This document shows positions 14,227 through 29,726 of a DNA stretch of 64,000 nucleotides, in pieces. The translations under genes and the position numbers were made by a program. Under the pieces are notes generated by a model. The model had not been told where the DNA came from. It was given only the letters and a program-made list of their open reading frames with translations, and did not search any database. Every line of letters begins with the position of its first letter. The first letter of the stretch is position 1. This DNA comes from the human T2T-CHM13v2.0 reference genome, Homo sapiens: the NCBI RefSeq assembly GCF_009914755.1, contig NC_060947.1; one strand, written 5' to 3'.

Positions 14227-15005
14227 CGAATGTTTGATATTTTAAAAACACCCTGTCGTCTTTGATATCTGAGAAGGATCTATTACTTCTTAGAAACTAT
14301 AACAATGTCTTGTTCTTTGTTTCACAGACAGCATAAAAATGTAGGCCAATTTATAACAAGGTGCTAGAACAAAATTAATTGGGACTCAGAATACATTAAA
14401 CAGTCAGGTATATAAGTTAAAATTGAGCAGAAGCAGGAAGTCTAACCTCAAGGTTAAATGTTTAGAGAGACAGTAACATAAACACAGAAATGGTGAAGTG
14501 GATTGGGCTGGAGCATTGAAATATCAAAAAGTAGAATGAATAACTAGGATGGTGAATGCTTGGCAGAGTAATCTGTTTTGAAAGTTGGTTGGTGTTCCCA
14601 GCCTTAGCAATGAAGTATCCTAATACTCCATACCAATATTCTCTAAGATCATGTAAGTCCAAATAGCTAAGGGCAAATCCATATATTCAAGTCATTTTGT
14701 GGAAGAACAGGTTGAATTTATTTTTGAGGAAGAACCCTAAGATAGGGTAAGGCCAGATGAGAATAACAAGGAATCAAATATGGTAACAGACTAAACTGAT
14801 TGGTCTGGCGTCTTGAGACAAAACAACATAAACGAAAAACCAGGAAACTACATTTGGCCCACAATCTGGCTGTTTTACTTCCCAAAATAATAATCATAGT
14901 TTTTCATTGTATTCAACAGTATTGTCAATTAAGTATACATACTGTGTATATACTGCATAGTTTATATATAAATGCACTTATATATAGAAACCCAATAACT
15001 TTCTC

Positions 15006-15092
15006 ATATATGTATATATATGTATGCATGTGTGTGTATATATATGCACACACACACATATATCACATACACACACACACACACACACACAC
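15006..15092. repeat. Compound (TA)/(TG)/(CA) microsatellite
   Basis: Direct reading. Confidence 0.9.
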
Positions 15093-15112
15093 GTAGATAT
15101 AAAAAATGAATA

Positions 15113-15845
15113 GAGAGAGAACTTCCAAAATGGTAGAATAAGGAGCCATGAAAATCTGCTTCACCATAAGAGCACTGAGGGCACTGGGGAAAAGTTGTCA
15201 ATATAAACTTTTTTAGAATGATTTAAATTAACCAAGGATGTACAAAAATATAAGAAATATTTATTCGAAAATGGCTAAATCTTGATAAGAAGAGAGTGCT
15301 TTGCAGCATTTTGAGGTACTCTTGTCTCATCTGCCCCTCCCCAGCTCCAGGGTAGAGTTGAGTATCAACAGGCCTATTATCAAAATAACCATAAAAACAT
15401 GCAGCCTAATGGCCACTGGAGGGGGCTAATTGGGTCTAATGTGTCCCCAAAGCCTCATACCTAAATTTTTATGAATTGACCTTTCTGTCAGTGTTCTGGA
15501 ATCCCACACTTGTAGAGCCTGTCTTTACATTACCCAAATCAAAGCTTGCTCACTAGTAACAGTCTTTTTCCTTGTGTCGTTAGTCAAAAAAAAAAAAAAG
15601 GCACCAATAATTTAACATTGAAAACACAGGTGGCAATAACAATTTGGGCAAACGAGTATCTGATGAAAAATCTTTAACGGGAAGGCTGATCAGATACCCA
15701 CTGAGGGCTTAGAGAAGATCTGGCATATTACTGAAAAGCTGGTATGCCATGCATATGCTCAGGGTTGTGCTCATGCCCAGGAAAGATCTGAGAAGGTCCT
15801 AATCTCTCCCCTCTCATGGACCTTATGGTTCTGCGCGAGCAGAAA
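15113..15845 (+). mobile_element. Ancient L1 5' end fragment (L1MD/MC-like)
   Basis: Start CCAAAATGGTAGAATAAGGAG and motifs resembling recalled L1MD 5' UTR. Confidence 0.55.
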
Positions 15846-16254
15846 GTAATGCAAATGCATTTTGCCGAGGATTATAAAATGGCGTCAACTTAATAAAAGC
15901 CTAGGCAGCTCTGAAGTTTGTAAGAAAAAAGTCACATTCTTCTCAAGTTACTGGCTTTTTTGTGTTGCGTAACCTGATTCAAATTTTTGTTCTTTCTCAT
16001 ATTCTTCATAGATTAATGTCTGGTTGTTGTGTACATGTGCGTATATGTCGGATGAATATAAAAGTATCATTTATTATTAGTCAATAACCATAAGCAACTA
16101 CTTTAATTAATTTTCACTGCTTATAAAATGTCGCATTGATTATTGGCTATATGTGTCCCATGGGTCTTTGCTGAATCCGTTAAAATAATCTGTGACTACA
16201 CAGGGGAAAATTATGGTAATTGGAAGAACTATTATATGTGTTTTATGTTTTACA

Positions 16255-16335
16255 TGATAGCTATTATTTATCAAGCACTTCTTATATTCCAAGCACAATT
16301 CTAAGTACTTTACATGCACAATATCTTTAAATGTT
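16255..16335 (-). mobile_element. MIR/L2-tail fragment
   Basis: ATAGCTA..TTTATCAAGCACTTCTTATATTCCAAGCACAATTCTAAGTACTTTACATGCA. Confidence 0.55.
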
Positions 16336-16516
16336 CAAATGTAGAGACTTCTTTAATTTTCCAGGTAATACTTGCTAAAAGGGCAACACCTTAAGAGACA
16401 GCCAGTGGAGTCAATGAGAGCTGAGCAGTTTGAAAGGGTCAGTGCAGATAATATCCTGTGGCGGGGAATTAGCTGAGGCAGTGAGAGAATAGGTGAATGA
16501 GGCAGGAAAGGAGTGG

Positions 16517-16550
16517 TTATATATATATATATATCTGCTTCCAGAGTTAT

Positions 16551-16590
<40 letters not shown>
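16517..16590. repeat. Two (TA)n tracts
   Basis: Direct reading. Confidence 0.9.
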
Positions 16591-17424
16591 TAGCTTTTTA
16601 GTTAAAAGTAGCAGAAATACATGAGCTCTAACTTAAGCATAAGGAGAAATTAATTATACTTCATCTTGTGGAATCAAGTAATAGGCGTATAACTTGGCCT
16701 CAGGAACATTCTGAAACCAGGAACAGATGTTCTCTCTACTCATTTACTTTATTCCTTTCTCTTGTCGGATTAGATTTTTTCTGATTTTTAGTCACTATTG
16801 GTGGTCATGATGAATGTAGATAGTCATTCTTTATGTGTAGAGGAATATGATTTTTATTTACCTAAAATTGAGTAAAATTTCAAGTATGAATTAGAATATG
16901 CTGTGATACAAGATGTGTAGAATTGTTTCTGTCCATTACTTCCAGCCCCATCTTTGCCCCATCGCATTGAAATCATAAAACCACACCAGCATTACTTCTT
17001 CTGTTAACAACCACATTTACAATAATCAGAGTAAACAGAGTCGTTTTCAGAGAATGTATTAGTGAAAATTTTGAACTTAAACAGTCTGAGGAGAAAAAAA
17101 TGGTAATACTGATGGCTTTGATCCTGTGTAATCACGATAGAATCAGGGGTCACATCCAGAGGCATTTTGTGCCCATACCACAGTCACTCTTAAGAAGAAA
17201 AAACAGAGCTCCTATTGTTGCCACCTAATTCTCAGTTTTGTGTGCTTTTCAAACACATAAGAGACAAATATTTTATAAGTTCACTGTCATTCTGTGAAAA
17301 ACAAAGAGGAAAGGGAAATGACAGATGCTTATTTTCTTGATTCTGGCCTTTTCAAAGTTTAATGGCAGGGACACATTCATCTGACAATTAACTGTAGTCC
17401 AATTTATTTTATATGATATTTTTC

Positions 17425-17792
17425 GATTTTTTGAGGTGCATATGCACAATGTAAAATTTATTATTTGAATCATTTTGAAATGTATAATGTAATGATATTA
17501 ATCACATTCACATTGTGCAACCATTACCACCAGAATTTTTTTTATCTTCTAATACTAAAGCTCTGTACCCTTTAAACAGTAACTCTTTTCTCTCTCCTCC
17601 CGGAAGCTCCTGGCAACTACCATTCAACTGTCTGTCTCTATGAATTTGGTCACTCTATGCACCTCATGAATGTGGAAACATACAGTATTTGTTTTTTTTG
17701 TTGTTGCTGTGACTGGCTTATTTCATTTAGCAGAAAGTCTTCAAGGTTCATCTGTTTTAGTATGTGTCAGAATGTCATTCCTCTTTAATGCT
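17425..17792 (-). mobile_element. L1MB-type 3' end
   Basis: CCTGGCAACTACCATTC..GTCTCTATGAATTTG..GTGACTGGCTTATTTCATTTAGCA..TTCAAGGTTCATC. Confidence 0.75.
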
Positions 17793-18925
17793 GGATTTCT
17801 GTATGGTTCTTTTTCATAATTTCTATTTGTTGATATTCGTATTTTGTTCTTATATTGTTTTCCTAACTTCTGTTAGTTCGTTGTATTTTCCCTTAGCTCT
17901 TTGCACACATTTAAATTGGGTATTCTAACATTCTGTCTGGTAAGTTTGGTACACATGGACATAAATATGGGAAAAATAGATACTGAGGAGAACTAGAGGG
18001 GAGAGAGAGAGAGAGGGGATCGAGGGATCAAAACCTCTCCACTGGGTACTATGCTCATTACCTGTAACAAGATAATTCATACTCCAAGCCTCTGTGTCAT
18101 GCAATATAACCATGTAACAAACCTGCATATGTACCACCTGAATCTAAAACAAAAGTTGAAATTATTTCTTTAGAAAGTCTGATGACTGTGTTTCTCAGTG
18201 AGTTTCTGCAGATTTACTTTTTTCTTTTTAATGGGCCATGTTCTTCTGTTTCTTTGAATATATTGTGCTATTTTGATTGAAAATTAGTGGATTACAAAAC
18301 AACTTCTCCCAATCTTTGCAGACTGGTTGTGAAACTTTTGCTAATTAAGAAGGTGAGTTCTGAGTCTTGGAACCAGCCTACAGTGAAAGCTTAAAGTCTT
18401 CTGTGGTCTTTTCTGGGTATGTGTCTTACCTGGGCTCATATGTGTACTATTTTTTGTTCCCCCCATAGAAATTGCTGTCTTTAAGTGTCTTAAATTCCCA
18501 AGGAGTCTCATCCCAGCTTTTTCTAGGAACCTTACATACTCTATTGTACTCTTCTACCCATCATCTCTTGCCACAGGGGTCTACAACACTGCTGCAGCTT
18601 TTACATTCTTCAGTGTCCACTATTGCCTTCTATTGCTTTCACTGGTTTGAGATCCCAGCTATGCTCCCCTTTTCTTTATGAGCTCCGAGACAGAAATCAG
18701 TCTCTCAGGCAGCCCAAAGCCGGGTTAGAATGATGCAAATAATTTTTTCTCTGCTCATTCAGGCCCCTGAGAGGAAACCAGGGATTTGGCAACTTCCACC
18801 TGATGGCACCACACTGTACCAAAGGGTGCGTAGGGCAAGTGTGAATAAAAATGTCATCACATTTCCTACCATTGAAATGTAGCTTCTTGATTAGGCATTT
18901 GCTTGGTAAGTTTCCTAGTGCACCA
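17793..18925 (-). mobile_element. Ancient L1 ORF1/5' region, interrupted by an L1PA fragment
   Basis: T-rich antisense L1-like sequence that continues on both sides of 17947-18172. Confidence 0.45.
17947..18172 (+). mobile_element. L1PA16/17-like 3' UTR fragment
   Basis: GGTACACATGGACATAAA...CATGTAACAAACCTGCATATGTACCACCTGAATCTAAAACAAAAGTTGAA. Confidence 0.8.
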
Positions 18926-20617
18926 TTTTGCTGGCATCGCATCCCTATTTACATAATTTTAATCATCACAAAATATAAAGAAAACTCAAAAAATGTGAGC
19001 AACAACATGAATATCTTTATCAAAGCATTTGTTATGGAGGAAAACTAAAATACATATATTTGATATATTTATTATGATTTTATTTTTACTTTACAACTAC
19101 CGATTTACTTAACTTTGAAAAAGTTCTCATCGGTTTATCAAGCTGAAATATCTATGCTATGGGGACAACAGAAAAATCAATATATATCTTTGGTATTTGC
19201 CCTTAAATGTGTTTCATACTGCTTTGATGGACCTTTAGAGTTTGAACCTTAAATCATCAAAGTGATACCAAGCCAACATTAACATAAAATTCAGGGAAAG
19301 CATTTTAATTGGAAGATATCCTTTACCTTCTGAGCTGGTGATCTCTTTTAGGGGAAACGTGGATATAACTCTTACATTCTGAAAGAGATAAGTTTTAAAA
19401 AGTCTCTATATTTAAACCAAAAGAAGAGGTATGTGAAAAGAAACGATTGTATCATGATGTTTGGGGAGAACTTCAAAAGACTCTTCTAGGGTCACTTTTG
19501 GACTTAAGCACTTTTGTCTCATTTATTTTGACTTGCACATGCATCTAGCAGTAGAAGAAATTAAAATAATTTGAATCTAAATTGTATTAAATATATATTT
19601 GTTTAACATGTTATTCAAATTTTAACCATTTAAAATATGAATGCACAAATGCTTAGAAAAAATGGGCTCAAAATTAATAGCTGTTCCATTTTACTTGCTT
19701 CCAGATGTTTGATAATACAAAACTTGTTTAACAATAGTAAAATAATTTAAATATTATGCAATATACCATCAAATGCATTAAAGCAAAGAGTACTTAAAAA
19801 GTAAATGAGATCAGAGAGTAAAGCGATAATGTAGCTGAAAAAAATTCATTAACGTGAGTATAGAGAGAAAACCTAGCCTACAAACCAGGTTCCTTGTTTC
19901 CTTTTTATTTTTAAAGTAATGTGGCTTATGATGTTAACTTTGAAATGACCCCCCGTGAAAATTGTGATCATAATGATGTTTAATTATTAAGTTTAAATTG
20001 ATCATCAAATAGTTGATTTTAAGATAATTATGCTTTTGAAAGTAGCATGCCAAAATTTTAATTGCAGCCTGCTACTTGTATAATATTTTTGTAATAGAAA
20101 GATATTTGCTACAACCATACAGACATATATTAGTAAAATCATAAATGAGCACATAGAATATAGAGAAGGGAAGGTGAGATTGCTTTTAATCAACTCTGCC
20201 TCCAAATTACTACCTACATTTTTCTTTATTGATCAGATAAATACTACACTTGGCTACACTTGTCTTGGGTTATTTAAGTGTCTTCAGATATTTACTCTAC
20301 AGGTTGTACTTATCTGTAAGGAGCCTGATGGGTTAATGCTGCTTTAACTCTTACTCTATCTCTTAACTCTTACTCTATTTCTCTGCATTCATCAGTGAAA
20401 CATCATTTTATTAACAGCAAGAAGTCTGACAAAATGAAGCAGCTCTACTACCTTTAGATCTAAACTGTAAGATAAGAAAAATAATTAAAGAACTAAATTC
20501 CTTTTGTTCAGGTACATAAGGGAAACTTTCCACCAAAGTGACACAAATAGAGCAAAAGGTTTATGGAAGATTCCTACTATGGCTGAGTGAAATGAACAGA
20601 ACTTAATAGCTAAAAGA

Positions 20618-20680
20618 ATAATAGCTACCCTTTATTGAAAGGTCACTACGATTGCTCTGCTAGATGTTTTACATAAATTA
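20618..20680 (-). mobile_element. MIR, first part (continues at 27535)
   Basis: ATAATAGCTACCCTTTATTGA...TGTTTTACATA. Confidence 0.55.
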
Positions 20681-20930
20681 TATAAGCCCAGCTCCTGGCT
20701 AAAAAACTGTGTATAATTTTTCAGGCCCAACCATATGCAATTAATTACAGAAGCTTTGCCTGGCAGGCATCATGAGATAAGCTGCCTCCCAACACAAGAC
20801 TTAGTGTGTGCAGCCAACACATTGAGTCCCTGAAGGCAGTTGCAGTCAAGGACCCAGGCTCCTCTGGGTGGTCATGCTCTTATGACTACCTTCATTTCTA
20901 TCCCAGGGATCTCCATTAAGAGGTTTCTTC
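20681..20930 (+). mobile_element. Probable old ERVL-class solo LTR, left part
   Basis: GC-richer block between the MIR halves. AATTA direct repeat at 20676-20680 and 27530-27534. Rejoined length ~690 bp. Confidence 0.45.
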
Positions 20931-20937
20931 GAAAGAA

Positions 20938-21845
20938 GGGGGGAGGAGCCAAGATGGCCAAATAGGAACAGCTCCGGTCTACAGCTCCCAGCGTGAGCGA
21001 CGCAGAAGACTGGTGATTTCTGCATTTCCATCTGAGGTACCGGGTTCATCTCACTAGGGAGTGCCAGACAGTGGGCGCAGGTCAGTGGGTGCGCGCACCG
21101 TGCGCGAGCCGAAGCAGGGCGAGGCATTACCTCACTTGGGAAGTGCAAGGGGTCAGGGAGTTCCCTTTCTGAGTCAAAGAAAGGGGTGATGGACGGCACC
21201 TTGAAAATCGGGTCACTCCCACCAGAATACTGCGCTTTTCCGACGGGCTTAAAAAACGGTGCACCAAGAGATTATATCCCGCACCTGGCTCGGAGGGTCC
21301 TATGCCCACGGAGTCTCGCTGATTGCTAGCACAGCAGTCTGAGATCAAACTGCAAGGCTGCAGCAAGGCTGGGGGAGGGGCGCCCGCCATTGCCCAGGCT
21401 TGCTTAGGTAAACAAAGCAGCCAGGAAGCTCGAACTGGGTGGAGCCCACCGCAGCTCAAGGAGGCCTGCCTGCCTCTGTAGGCTCCATCTCTGGGGGCAG
21501 GGCACAGACAAACAAAAAGACAGCAGTAACCTCTGCAGACTTAAATGTCCCTGTCTGACAGCTTTGAAGAGAGCAGTGGTTCTCCCAGCACACAGCTGGA
21601 GATCTGAGAACGGGCAGACTGCCCCCTCAACTGGGTCCCTGACCCCTGACCCCCGAGCAGCCTAACTGGGAGGCACCCCCCAGCAGGGGCACACTGACAC
21701 CTCACATGGCAGGGTACTCCAACAGACCTGCAGCTGAGGGTCCTCTCTGTTAGAAGGAAAACTAACAAACAGAAAGGACATCCACACCAAAAACCCATCT
21801 GTACATCACCATCATCAAAGACCAAAAGTAGATAAAACCACAAAG
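20938..21845 (+). promoter_or_regulatory. L1 5' UTR internal sense/antisense promoter, CpG-rich
   Basis: YY1 core AAGATGGCC at 20951-20959, many retained CpGs, SOX-type AACAAA sites near 21411 and 21511. Confidence 0.88.
21127..21390 (-). CDS. ORF0: L1 antisense ORF0, 87-aa form
   Basis: MAGAPPPALLQPCSLISDCCASNQRDSVG... starts at CAT 21388-21390, inside track ORF 21127..21459. Confidence 0.75.
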   Translation of the reverse strand: MAGAPPPALLQPCSLISDCCASNQRDSVGIGPSEPGAGYNLLVHRFLSPSEKRSILVGVTRFSRCRPSPLSLTQKGNSLTPCTSQVR

Positions 21846-22862
21846 ATGGGGAAAAAACAGAACAGAAAAACTGGAAACTCTAAAACGCAGAGCGCCTCTC
21901 CTCCTCCAAAGGAACGCAGTTCCTCACCAGCAAAGGAACAAAGCTGGATGGAGAATGACTTTGACGAGCTGAGAGAAGAAGGCTTCAGACGATCAAATTA
22001 CTCTGAGCTACGGGAGGACATTCAAACCAAAGGCAAAGAAGTTAAAAACTTTGAAAAAAATTTAGAAGAATGTATAACTAGAATAACCAATACAGAGAAG
22101 TGCTTAAAGGAGCTGATGGAGCTGAAAACCAAGGCTCGAGAACTACGTGAAGAATGCAGAAGCCTCAGGAGCCGAAGCGATCAACTGGAAGAAAGGGTAT
22201 CAGCGATGGAAGATGAAATGAATGAAATGAAGCGAGAAGGGAAGTCTAGAGAAAAAAGAATAAAAAGAAATGAGCAAAGCCTCCAAGAAATATGGGACTA
22301 TGTGAAAAGACCAAATCTACGTCTGATTGGTGTACCTGAAAGTGATGGGGAGAATGGAACCAAGTTGGAAAACACTCTGCAGGATATTATCCAGGAGAAC
22401 TTCCCCAATCTAGCAAGGCAGGCCAACATTCAGATTCAGGAAATACAGAGAACGCCACAAAGATACTCCTCGAGAAGAGCAACTCCAAGACACATAATTG
22501 TGAGATTCACCAAAGTTGAAATGAAGGAAAAAATGTTAAGGGCAGCCAGAGAGAAAGGTCGGGTTACCCTCAAAGGGAAGCACATCAGACTAACAGCGGA
22601 TCTCTTGGCAGAAACCCTACAAGCCAGAAGAGAGTGGGGGCCAATATTCAACATTCTTAAAGAAAAGAATTTTCAACTCAGAATTTCATATCCAGCCAAA
22701 CTAAGCTTCATAAGTGAAGGAGAAATAAAATACTTTACAGACAAGCAAATGCTGAGAGATTTTGTCACCACCAGGCCTGCCTTACAAGAGCTCCTGAAGG
22801 AAGCACTAAACATGGAAAGGAACAACCGGTACCAGCCACTGCAAAATAACGCCAAAATGTAA
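21846..22862 (+). CDS. ORF1: LINE-1 ORF1p RNA-binding chaperone, intact 338 aa
   Basis: MGKKQNRK start, coiled coil, RPNLRLIGVPE, REKG, ARR and YPAKLS motifs all present. Confidence 0.96.
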   Translation: MGKKQNRKTGNSKTQSASPPPKERSSSPAKEQSWMENDFDELREEGFRRSNYSELREDIQTKGKEVKNFEKNLEECITRITNTEKCLKELMELKTKARELREECRSLRSRSDQLEERVSAMEDEMNEMKREGKSREKRIKRNEQSLQEIWDYVKRPNLRLIGVPESDGENGTKLENTLQDIIQENFPNLARQANIQIQEIQRTPQRYSSRRATPRHIIVRFTKVEMKEKMLRAAREKGRVTLKGKHIRLTADLLAETLQARREWGPIFNILKEKNFQLRISYPAKLSFISEGEIKYFTDKQMLRDFVTTRPALQELLKEALNMERNNRYQPLQNNAKM

Positions 22863-22910
22863 AGACCATCGAGACTAGGAAGAAACTGCATCAACTAACG
22901 AGCAAAATAA

Positions 22911-26754
<3,844 letters not shown>

Positions 26755-26972
26755 ACAATGAGATCACATGGACACAGGAAGGGGAATATCACACTCTGGG
26801 GACTGTTGTGGGGTGGGGGGAGGGGGGAGGGATAGCATCGGGAGATATACCTAATGCTAGATGACGAGTTAGTGGGTGCAGCGCACCAACAGGGCACATG
26901 TATACATATGTAACTAACCTGCACAATGTGCACATGTACCCTAAAACTTAAAGTATAATAAATTAAAAAAAA

Positions 26973-27074
26973 GAAGATAATAAAGAAATATCCTTCATAA
27001 TTACCTTCTTTTTCACATTCAAAATGGTTTAAACAAATAAACTTGCCTTTGTGTTGCCTATAAAAAAAAAAAAA
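26973..27074 (+). other. 3'-transduced non-L1 sequence with second poly(A)
   Basis: Lies between the L1 A-tail and the 3' TSD. AATAAA at 27036-27041, 20 nt before the A-tract at 27062. Confidence 0.9.
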
Positions 27075-27085
27075 GAGGTTTCTTC

Positions 27086-27529
27086 ATCTGGGCCTTTGGC
27101 CAAGGCATTCCTCAGGTGCCTCTGCGAAGACCTCTTTATGGGCCAGGGAATAGGGGCGGCGGAGAGGAAATTTGAAAACACTTTTCCTCCACTCTTACTC
27201 AGTACTCAATACTTTTCCGTTACTAGCTCTTTACCCTCTCACTACCCCAGGTTTTGGTTCCATAAAAGACAAGACAGGAACCTTTGGTTTGAGGTTCCTT
27301 GGCAGTGAGATCATTCTCCATATCTGTGCTGATTCACCTCACACTAGATCAGTGCAATTCTATGGGGAACAGTGGAACAGTGGGGGACTCGCTACTTTCT
27401 ATGGTTTAGACGTTTTGCTTATACTAATTTCATTAAGTAATTAAAGTCTTGATTTTTAATTACATTTTTACTTGTTTTCTTAATCTGCTACCCCAGCACT
27501 TGGTAGCTCAGCTCAGCTCCAAACATATA
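27086..27529 (+). mobile_element. Probable old ERVL-class solo LTR, right part
   Basis: TATA-like CATAAAA (~27261) and ATTAAA (~27440); ends just before AATTA and the MIR continuation. Confidence 0.45.
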
Positions 27530-27534
27530 AATTA

Positions 27535-27690
27535 AACTTCTGAAAAATCCAATGAATTATATGTTATTATTGTATGAATTTATATATAGGGAATACTGGG
27601 ACTCAGAAAGGTTTACATAATTTATGACCACATAGGTAATAAGTGGTAGAATCAATAGATGAACTTGGTTCTTACTAGAATGCAAGAACA
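27535..27690 (-). mobile_element. MIR, continuation
   Basis: GGGAATACTGGGACTCAGAAAGGTTTACATAATTT..TAAGTGGTAGAA, the MIR core in antisense. Confidence 0.55.
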
Positions 27691-28084
27691 TTTGACCAAC
27701 ACACTCACCAACTTGAGTGAACAAACCTTGTTATTAGAACAGCGTTACCCTTGTTGGATAGAGGTTAGTGTGTGACAAATAATGAGAGTGCAAAGGATAT
27801 AACTGAGCACTGTTTCTCATTTGATCAAACCACAGGTGGATAAACATCACCAGTGAAATTCTCAGAGGAGCTGGCACTGACCAAGGCAGGTGATTATTGT
27901 TTGAACATCATTGTGTACACCATATAGACTGCGTTGTCAGTACGAAACCTCCCAAAAAAAAGAAGAAAAGAAAAGTAAAGTAGCATATTATTATAATATC
28001 TTGGAGCCTTTCATTATAATACCTTTATCGCAACAAAGCATAATGGCCATTCTCAGTAGACTCATTTGATGCAGCTATTCATAA

Positions 28085-28623
28085 TGTAATTGTTTTCTAT
28101 TTGCTGTTGTAACAAATTAACACAAATTAATTGGTTTAAAACAAAATGTATTTATTACCTTAAAGGTTTGAAGGTATATCATCTGACATGGGTCTCATTG
28201 GGCTAAAATAAAAGCATTAACAGGGCAGTGCTTCTTTCTGGAGTCTCTGGAAAAAAAAAAATCAATTTCATTGTTCTTTCTAGGTTCTAGCTGCTGGTCA
28301 CTCTCTGTGGCTCATGGCTCCTTCCTACATCTTCAAAACCAGCAATATCAGGCTGAGTCCTCAAGCTGCCATTCCTCTGATTGTCCCTTCTGTAGTCACA
28401 TCTCATTCTAATTCTGTCTTCTGCTTCTTTCTCCTTGTTCCATATTTAAGGACCCTTTCAATTACATTGGAACACTCAGTTAAGCCAGGATAATCTCCCT
28501 TTTTCTTAAGATTAGCTAATTAGCAACTTTAATTTCCTGTTTGCTTTCTAACCTAACCCATTCTTAATTTCCAGGAATTAGGACTTAGATAGCTTTTTGT
28601 GGGACACTATTCTGGCTATCACA
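28085..28623 (-). mobile_element. MaLR LTR (MLT1D-like)
   Basis: TG...CA ends; TTGCTGTTGTAACAAATT, GGGCTAAAATAAA and CCAGGATAATCTCCC motifs. Confidence 0.8.
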
Positions 28624-29039
28624 CAGAGTGTTGCCATTTTGTGAAATAACTGTACAGAAGCATTTGATTCAATTTTGCTTCATGCTATATTTCTGACAAA
28701 AGCAATTGTCTTTCTTGGATAATGCAAATTTTGTGGATTTTATGTCTCTAAAACAGAAAATACTAGATGGGGGCATATTAAGGCAGTTATTTCTAGATGC
28801 CATGACAATCTTACAGAAGTTTATAATCAAAAGAAATAAAAGAGTATTGTCAAATCATTTCTCAAAATAAGTAGATTTTCAAAAACCAGAGCTTAAAATC
28901 ATTTCAACATTTAAAAATATGCTATGAATGTATCTGAGACCTTTCTGATTGAAGGCTTAAGTTTGAGAACTGAATTCAGTTTGGAGAGGATAAATCAGAC
29001 ATAGTTTCTGTCCTTGTAGAGTCTATTGGAGACTTCTGT

Positions 29040-29178
29040 GGGAAGACTTCTATAACACAGGATAGGCATGCTAGCCCTCTAATCAGAAGATTTCTTCTAG
29101 TAGCCAGCTGTTTGACCATGGCCAACCTCTGTTACATTTGGTTTTATTATTTGTAAAATGGAGATTATAGTAGTACCC
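29040..29178 (+). mobile_element. MIR fragment (continues at 39036-39135)
   Basis: TTTGTAAAATGGAGATTATAGTAGTACC; resumes after the provirus with AGGTTAAATGA..GTACTCAGCA. Confidence 0.6.
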
Positions 29179-29726
29179 TTTGATGGTTAATTTCATATAT
29201 CAACTTGACTGGGCTGCAAGGGGCCCAGATATTTGGCCAACTATTATTATGGGTATTCCTGTGAGGATGTTTCTGGATAAGAATAGCACGTGAATTGCTA
29301 TATTAAGTAAAGCAGATTGCCATTGCTAACGTCAAGTATCAGAGAGACTCATCCAATCAGTTGAAACCCAGAATAAAACAAAAAGGCCAACCCTTTCATG
29401 AGTAGGAGGGAACTTCTCCTGCCAGAGTACCCTCACCTGGGACATTGCTTCTATCACTACCTTTGGTCTCAAACTAAAACACTGGCTGTTTCTGGATCCT
29501 GAGTTAGCTGGCATTTTAACTGGAACTAAACCAACCACTCTCCTGAGTCTCCAGCTTGCTGACTGCAGATCTTGGAAATTGTTATCCTCCGTAATTGTGT
29601 GAGTGAATTATTTATAATATCTATCTATCTACCTATCTATCTATCTGTCTATCTATCTATCTATCCATTCATCCATTCATACACATCCTATTCAGTCTGT
29701 TTTCCTGAAGAAACCTGACTAATACA
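29179..29726 (+). mobile_element. 5' LTR (MLT2B/D-like)
   Basis: TGATGGTTAATTT..TCAACTTGACTGGGC ... CCTGACTAATACA. Confidence 0.9.

Noticed and set aside
16590-17000. Possible ancient LTR33/MLT1-like remnant
   Set aside because: Similarity too weak to define family or ends by eye
20344-20381. 19-bp tandem duplication (also 20-bp at 3456-3495 and a repeat at 54246-54300)
   Set aside because: Ordinary slippage duplications
26810-26831. G-quadruplex-forming G-tract
   Set aside because: Standard feature of young L1 3' UTRs
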